Origin: Candidatus Heimdallarchaeota archaeon
GTDB taxonomy: Archaea; Asgardarchaeota; Heimdallarchaeia; Heimdallarchaeales; Kariarchaeaceae
NCBI GenBank assembly: GCA_030149205.1
Contig: JASBSB010000006.1
Span: forward strand, 60,001-92,000
Direction of reading: 5' to 3'
Length of the DNA: 32,000 nucleotides
The notes under the pieces are model-generated. The model did no database searches, was not told where the DNA came from, and worked only from the letters and a program-made list of their open reading frames with translations. This document shows, piece after piece, positions 26,880 to 32,000 of this stretch. The position numbers and the translations under genes were made by a program. Within the stretch, counting starts at the first letter, position 1; each line of letters opens with the position of its first letter.

Positions 26880-29543
26880 TTACACAAATTTTTTCTTTTT
26901 GAGGGTGATTACAAGACCAATTACAACAAAAGCACCTAATACAGGTACAATGTCCACAGGAATAAATCCACCACCAGAACTTGATGAAGTTGCACTCGTG
27001 GGTGTAGATGTGGGTGTCGCTTTGGCCGTGATAACAACCTTGAATGTCTGTGAGACAAAGTTTCCACTCGCATCAAAGAGGTTTGCTTTCAAATCATGCG
27101 TACCAACACCTAAGGAAATATTAAAGTTGACAAACACATGATAACCTACAACTTTCTGAGTACCGAGGAGAAGATTACCGTCGAACAACTCAACTTTGGC
27201 AAGTCCAGAAAGAGAACCTTGTGCATCATCATGAAGCAACGCATCAACTCTGAAATCTACCGTTGATGTACTTGTTGCAACCTCAAAAGAAGCCCCATTA
27301 GTCACAAGTTTACCTGCGTTTGTGACATTGAACGACAAGAATTTTGGTGCGGTAGTATCCTTGATGAACTTTTCGCCTGATCCAACAGGTAATACAGATG
27401 CTACTTTAGAGTTAGCAAGGTCATACCTTGATAAGGTATCATTCTGTAGAGTAGCTGGTGAGCCAACTGGAACTAACATGTCAACCACATTGGGGTCAAT
27501 TGGTCCGTCAACTCCACCACCAAGCTGCCAATCAGCACCCCATTTTGCACCTGCAGACCTAAATTTGTTGAAATCATCACTTCCAGAGAAGAGATAATAT
27601 TTCCAGGTGTTATTTGGTTGTCCACCAAGCATTTTGGTTGGAATTACAATTGAGGCCACATTTGTTGTGGTATTGCCAGATGCTTGAATTCCTGATCCCG
27701 CAAAAGGAGCTGACAGATCTGAGGATTTGAAATATTGGTTCACAAAACCATCTGATTTTAATGCATAATTCCATTGTGTTGAGGTCTGAACAGCCTCATT
27801 CCACAGAGTAGATGTAGCACCACCTGGTCCATTGTCAACATAAACGGAAAAGATAACAACTGAGAATCCTAATGAAGAACTAAAACCATTGGTCAGGTTA
27901 GCAAACGTAACCCTGAATTCGGTGTTATATTGATTAGAAAGAACTTCAAAGTTCAATATATCAATTACACCAGGTGCAAATGGTGGATTGTTTTTCGGTA
28001 TCCTCAGTGATAGATCACCCTTGGGATCAGAAATGTTATATTGAAGATTTCTGGGGGGTTCGATTCCAACTAACAGGGTGAAATTACCCTGAGTAATCAT
28101 TGAGGTTTTTTGACCTGTTTTATTGAAACCATAAGTTGTGACGTAATATGTGATATTTCCGGTGTAGTAAGGACCAATTGAAACTTCATAGTTGTTGTTT
28201 AGATTCTTATAACTGAGCCATGACATATTCTTTGACATAAAAGTACCAGTGTTGTTTCCTCTCCAGTAAATAGTGGTTCTTACAGGAACATTTGCTGCAG
28301 GATCTGCATTAATGCTAGTACCATCAGCAAATTTAAGGTTATTCTGTGCCTGAATGGTGACGGTTTTGTTTGGTGCAACGAAACCACCGGTGGGGGAGAT
28401 CCCACCTAAATAGGTCACATTGAAAGGTGGTAGGGGAGCCACATAAAAGCTCCCTGAAACGGTACCTACACTAATGTCAGTTGCATTGTTCAATCCTTTT
28501 GCCCACCAGAACACATGGTCACCATCTTGGAACTGAGTCGCATCGATTTTTACAACCTGTTTATCTGAACCTAAACCAACTCTTGAGCCAAACTCCTTAT
28601 ACGCATACGTTTTATATGAGGTGTTTACCCCAGTTCTTTCAACTTTGTAATCGAATTGAACTAATGCGCTACTATTAGCATTGTCATTAACGGTTGGTTG
28701 ACTGCTGTTCCCAGGAGAATGAAACCATGTGTTGAAACTCATGATTAGTGGATTTCCTGCCGTTAGATTACCACCTGCTAAGTTATCTGTCTCATGAGAT
28801 AGATACCCTATCTGTGGTGTTGGAGCTAATGCTGGTGAACTAATTGATGTAACTGAGATGTTAAGATATGTCTTAAGTGTCATAAATTCTGATGTTGTTG
28901 CGGCTGGAACACCTGCTTGACTTGGGACTGAATCATACACATTTGATCCGTCTCCACCTGAAGTGAGGACCAATAACCCTATTGTCGCGCTTGATGGTAC
29001 AGTTGCGTATAATAATGACCAATCAAACCTGTATGTTTTGATTTGGGATGTGCCATCATATTTCCATCCATAACCTGCGAGAGGTGTGGTACTGGTTGCG
29101 ATAGTTGCCCCAGATGAATCATAGAGGTCACCATAGCCTTGTTCCCATCCAGCAGCCCAATATTCTGCTCCAAAGTTACTAGGTAGCTTCACTGGTCTTA
29201 TCCAGTGTGCTCCAGTACTTAAATCAGAATATCCTATACCTGTACCAGGGTTTGTATCAATAAATACTAAGTCACCACCAGTAAATACATCTCCACTTAC
29301 CCTAATGACAAGTGATGATGTATTAACGGTTACATTTACAAATTTAATTTCTTGCTGTGGAAATGCTGCGTCATTTGGTGCATCAGGAATGATATATGAT
29401 GCGCTTGCTGCAGCTGCTTTTGGACTAACTGTACTGTTTGATGCTGGTGTTGCCAACGGCAAACCTGCTAACGCAGTGGGAGTTGATCCAAAAACTAATA
29501 CCAGAAACAAGAAAACTGATAAGCTAACCAATTTTATCTTCAT
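26880..29543 (-). CDS. Cell-surface multidomain glucan-binding protein (DOMON-like/glucodextranase-C and Ig-like modules), no catalytic domain recognised
   Basis: Signal peptide. The aa ~500-887 region is homologous to the apu C-terminus (DPKGD..IDILNF..GFS..IFSVYVD; LGGGVDGPIDPNVVDML; GGGFIP-TM-KKKK). No GH57, GH13 or GH15 motifs seen. Confidence 0.72.
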   Translation of the reverse strand: MKIKLVSLSVFLFLVLVFGSTPTALAGLPLATPASNSTVSPKAAAASASYIIPDAPNDAAFPQQEIKFVNVTVNTSSLVIRVSGDVFTGGDLVFIDTNPGTGIGYSDLSTGAHWIRPVKLPSNFGAEYWAAGWEQGYGDLYDSSGATIATSTTPLAGYGWKYDGTSQIKTYRFDWSLLYATVPSSATIGLLVLTSGGDGSNVYDSVPSQAGVPAATTSEFMTLKTYLNISVTSISSPALAPTPQIGYLSHETDNLAGGNLTAGNPLIMSFNTWFHSPGNSSQPTVNDNANSSALVQFDYKVERTGVNTSYKTYAYKEFGSRVGLGSDKQVVKIDATQFQDGDHVFWWAKGLNNATDISVGTVSGSFYVAPLPPFNVTYLGGISPTGGFVAPNKTVTIQAQNNLKFADGTSINADPAANVPVRTTIYWRGNNTGTFMSKNMSWLSYKNLNNNYEVSIGPYYTGNITYYVTTYGFNKTGQKTSMITQGNFTLLVGIEPPRNLQYNISDPKGDLSLRIPKNNPPFAPGVIDILNFEVLSNQYNTEFRVTFANLTNGFSSSLGFSVVIFSVYVDNGPGGATSTLWNEAVQTSTQWNYALKSDGFVNQYFKSSDLSAPFAGSGIQASGNTTTNVASIVIPTKMLGGQPNNTWKYYLFSGSDDFNKFRSAGAKWGADWQLGGGVDGPIDPNVVDMLVPVGSPATLQNDTLSRYDLANSKVASVLPVGSGEKFIKDTTAPKFLSFNVTNAGKLVTNGASFEVATSTSTVDFRVDALLHDDAQGSLSGLAKVELFDGNLLLGTQKVVGYHVFVNFNISLGVGTHDLKANLFDASGNFVSQTFKVVITAKATPTSTPTSATSSSSGGGFIPVDIVPVLGAFVVIGLVITLKKKKFV

Positions 29544-29705
29544 TATAATTTCCTCTAATTATTTTGGTTATTCTTGGGGTAGGAAAGGGTTATATATAAG
29601 TTAGCTCATTTCTATAATGATAAATACAACCTTTTGGATTTTTTTTGAGATCATTGTAATTTTTGAGATAAAATTTAATCATTTTCTAAATTTTGAAATT
29701 TTACC

Positions 29706-29718
29706 TGAAAAATATTCA
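29706..29718. promoter_or_regulatory. Candidate sugar-regulon operator (TGAAAAATATTCA) upstream of the 887-aa surface protein
   Basis: One mismatch to consensus; overlaps the stop codon of the kinase gene. Confidence 0.5.
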
Positions 29719-31032
29719 TTTTTTTGAGAAATTTTCCAATAATTTGGAATGATAAAGTATAGATATTATTAAAGTATCAATAAGAAAATATCTCTGTTGA
29801 TTAGCTGTCATACGTATTTTTTCCAACTTTACTCCTCGATTTAGAAACAGCTCAAAAGTCTCTTCAAGACTTATACCAGATAAATCAAGCGAATTTTCCC
29901 AGTGTTTGATCGCATAATGAAGTTCTTTTAATGAACGGAGAATAAGAAATCTGTAGAATAAATGCTTCTGAGAAATACTTAGTTCAAATAGATCACGTAG
30001 TTTTACATGGATTTCTTTTGCCTTTGATAATAAAAGGTTTTCAAAATGCAAGAAATAGTTAATCTGATTTATGATTCCTGAATAATGACTAGCAAAGTCA
30101 TATAGGGGGGACCCAATTAATACATCCTCTATATCCATAATCTCTAATTTATCCATAGTTAGAATGAGTTGCCGCCACCAGAGATCCCCATGGATTGGTT
30201 GCTCAAGATCTGTCATGAGATTTGAAAAGTCAACTACCTCTTCGAGATGAGAAAAATTTAATTCTAGTCCAACTTTTTTAATTTGCTCATTGAATTTCGC
30301 CACCCATCTGGAAAGGTATTCTTTAACATTGAACAGTGCGGTCTTTGCCTCATCAGTAAGTTTTGAAAGATGTAGCCCCTCAATTATGATTGAACCTAAT
30401 GCTATATGAAATCTTGATATCAAATTGATAGATCTAGCTGTAAATTCTACAAAATCATCCTTAAATTTTGGATTTTGTGAGCTTATGTAGTCCCTTAGCA
30501 ATGAACCTGTGTAAGTATCAGCATTCTCCTGTTCTGAGATTTCTTCAAAAAGAGCAAAGATGGTATGGGTTCTTCCCTCAACTTGAATTTGCAAAGAGGT
30601 ATAGAGTTTTGGAAACATACCAAATTCGCAAAGTTTTGAAGAAAAAGTGACTTCATTGGATCCAATGAACATTCGAGTGTAAATCTTCATATGATACCTG
30701 GTTCCATCAACCCCAATTAACAAAAAATGTTGATTTGTAGCATCGATATTCAACCTCTCTATACTCTTACACATTATCCCAACTGATTCTAATGCTGTAT
30801 TTACTAATCCAAGAACATCTGTCACAAAACTAAGTGACTCACCTTTTCTTTCTAACCAAATAAAAGCTGAAGTAAAATCATCGTGGACCTTATACAGCCC
30901 ACCCACTTTTTTATTGGAATTTGTACTAACTGGTATGAAGTCAGTTATTTTTATACGGTGTTTGTCCAACCCATAATTTCTTCTGAGAATTTCCTGAGAA
31001 AGGTTAGAAATATCTAGCTTGTTTAGACTCAC
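29716..31032 (-). CDS. Maltokinase-like (Mak/Pep2) kinase, aminoglycoside-phosphotransferase fold
   Basis: YHMKIY (ATP lysine), FHIALG, QPIHGDLWWRQL (compare Mak IHGDLHLGQVL), IMDIE (DFE-like) and SPLYDFA; sugar-gene context; GTG start. Confidence 0.62.
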   Translation of the reverse strand: MSLNKLDISNLSQEILRRNYGLDKHRIKITDFIPVSTNSNKKVGGLYKVHDDFTSAFIWLERKGESLSFVTDVLGLVNTALESVGIMCKSIERLNIDATNQHFLLIGVDGTRYHMKIYTRMFIGSNEVTFSSKLCEFGMFPKLYTSLQIQVEGRTHTIFALFEEISEQENADTYTGSLLRDYISSQNPKFKDDFVEFTARSINLISRFHIALGSIIIEGLHLSKLTDEAKTALFNVKEYLSRWVAKFNEQIKKVGLELNFSHLEEVVDFSNLMTDLEQPIHGDLWWRQLILTMDKLEIMDIEDVLIGSPLYDFASHYSGIINQINYFLHFENLLLSKAKEIHVKLRDLFELSISQKHLFYRFLILRSLKELHYAIKHWENSLDLSGISLEETFELFLNRGVKLEKIRMTANQQRYFLIDTLIISILYHSKLLENFSKK

Positions 31033-31049
31033 TAAAACAAAAAGCAGGT

Positions 31050-31062
31050 TGACAATTTTTTA
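31050..31062. promoter_or_regulatory. Weaker candidate operator (TAAAAAATTGTCA on minus strand) just upstream of the kinase
   Basis: Two mismatches to consensus; shares AAAATTGTCA exactly with the apu and gap sites. Confidence 0.4.
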
Positions 31063-31114
31063 AGGGGTTGTATGTGTTCTATTTTAAAAGTAAAGTTGGG
31101 CCTCATCACCTAAC

Positions 31115-31459
31115 TTATAAGCCTAATTGTTTGGTAAGTTTTTCCTCGAGTGTTTTCATTTCATGTTGAATTGTTTCTATCTGAGCCTTGTATCTACCAG
31201 ATTGAATTTTATATAACTCTAAATCCTCATTTAGTTTTTCTCTGGTTTTACCGACTGTTGTTTTATACATGAGCATCCCTGCAGCCCTGTAGATCTCTTC
31301 TTCTTCCTTCAACCCTTCAACCTCTTTAATAGCCTGTTCAGCTTCTCTCATTGATCCACTGATTTGTGAGTTGTTCTGTTGTAATGTGTTAAGTTGTTGA
31401 GCAAGATTTTGCAATTTCTTTATATCAGCCTCTTGCTGTGGTGTTAAATTAGCTGCCAT
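31115..31459 (-). CDS. pfdB: Prefoldin subunit beta
   Basis: 114 aa coiled coil-beta hairpin-coiled coil; EAEQAIKEVE..EEEIYRAAGMLMYKT. Confidence 0.9.
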   Translation of the reverse strand: MAANLTPQQEADIKKLQNLAQQLNTLQQNNSQISGSMREAEQAIKEVEGLKEEEEIYRAAGMLMYKTTVGKTREKLNEDLELYKIQSGRYKAQIETIQHEMKTLEEKLTKQLGL

Positions 31460-31609
31460 TCTCGTGTCAGATTAATCTTATTGAATCATAATATCAATGT
31501 TCTGTTTTGTTCGTAAAGAAAGAGTAATTTGAGTTCAATGAATATAATGATTGGAGCTGCAATTTAGCATAATTTAAATTTTATATTAGTTCGAGATGTA
31601 CACTTAGAA

Positions 31610-32000
31610 TTACGAATCATTCAAAAAATCAATTAGTTTAGGAAAGATCAAATTATATCGGATAAATGCGAGATCATGTGTTGAATGCTTCACCTCATAT
31701 ATTTGATAGCTTGTAAATAATTCACTAAACCTTAAGATTTGTGATTTCATTGGATCGTCCTCCCCAAAGAAGATGAAGCATTGAATGCTGAAGGATATTT
31801 GCTTACCAGGTATTAAACCATCATACCTTGAAAAAGCAGATAGAAATGTAGAGATTGCCTTGTAATCTTGTGTCCTGAGATAGCTGATTCTTTGTAACGA
31901 CTTTGGTTGAAGCAACTTCTTAGCACCTTCCCAACCCTGGTTAAAGTAAGGAATTCTTGGGTCTGACTCCGTTCTTCTAAATGGATGCATTCCCCCTAAT
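31610..32000 (-). CDS. Alpha/beta hydrolase, C-terminal part (runs off the right edge)
   Basis: Frame is open to the edge (..LGGMHPF, possibly the end of a GxSLGG elbow); FIFFGEDDPM (acid) and STHDL (His) fit a hydrolase triad. Confidence 0.55.
   Translation of the reverse strand, partial: LGGMHPFRRTESDPRIPYFNQGWEGAKKLLQPKSLQRISYLRTQDYKAISTFLSAFSRYDGLIPGKQISFSIQCFIFFGEDDPMKSQILRFSELFTSYQIYEVKHSTHDLAFIRYNLIFPKLIDFLNDS

Noticed and set aside
1193-30650. Many short ORFs in the track (e.g. 1193..1462, 2805..3083, 6343..6549, 8375..8695, 11143..11478, 16308..16643, 27322..27597, 29305..29604)
   Set aside because: They lie antisense to, or out of frame within, long well-supported genes and have no recognisable motifs; treated as shadow ORFs.
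1-32000. CRISPR arrays, IS elements, rRNA, prophage or defence genes
   Set aside because: No regularly spaced repeats, transposase, integrase or Cas motifs, and no rRNA-like segments were visible; nearly the whole window is explained by coding genes.

Overview
AT-rich archaeal chromosomal region, most likely from an Asgard archaeon (Heimdallarchaeia-like). This is an inference from 7TM-longin fusions, PGF-like C-terminal anchors, DUF371/Trm5/prefoldin-beta, archaeal TATA boxes and a BHB tRNA intron. The dominant system is an alpha-glucan (starch/glycogen/maltodextrin) utilisation set in two blocks. Block 1 (6270-19505): GH57 amylopullulanase, MalK/G/F, two solute-binding proteins and an alpha-glucan phosphorylase. 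Block 2 (25714-31032): class I GAPDH, an 887-aa apparently non-catalytic surface glucan-binding protein and a maltokinase-like kinase. Six of these promoter regions share a 13-bp near-palindrome (TGRAAAWTTTYCA). The MalK ATPase carries an inserted two-helix hydrophobic hairpin, and MalF and MalG also have extra TM segments. Between the blocks lie an MFS exporter, an MMPL transporter with a divergent wHTH-methyltransferase-fold regulator and a twice-repeated TTCGC-N6-GCGAA operator, and a SCO/SenC protein. The left end holds two paralogous 7TM-longin genes flanking tRNA-Thr(GGT), DUF371 and Trm5. The tRNA has a 21-nt BHB intron in the T-loop (59/60) and overlaps the 3' end of one 7TM-longin gene in antisense. 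No CRISPR array, rRNA or mobile element was seen. All calls were made by eye, without database searches.
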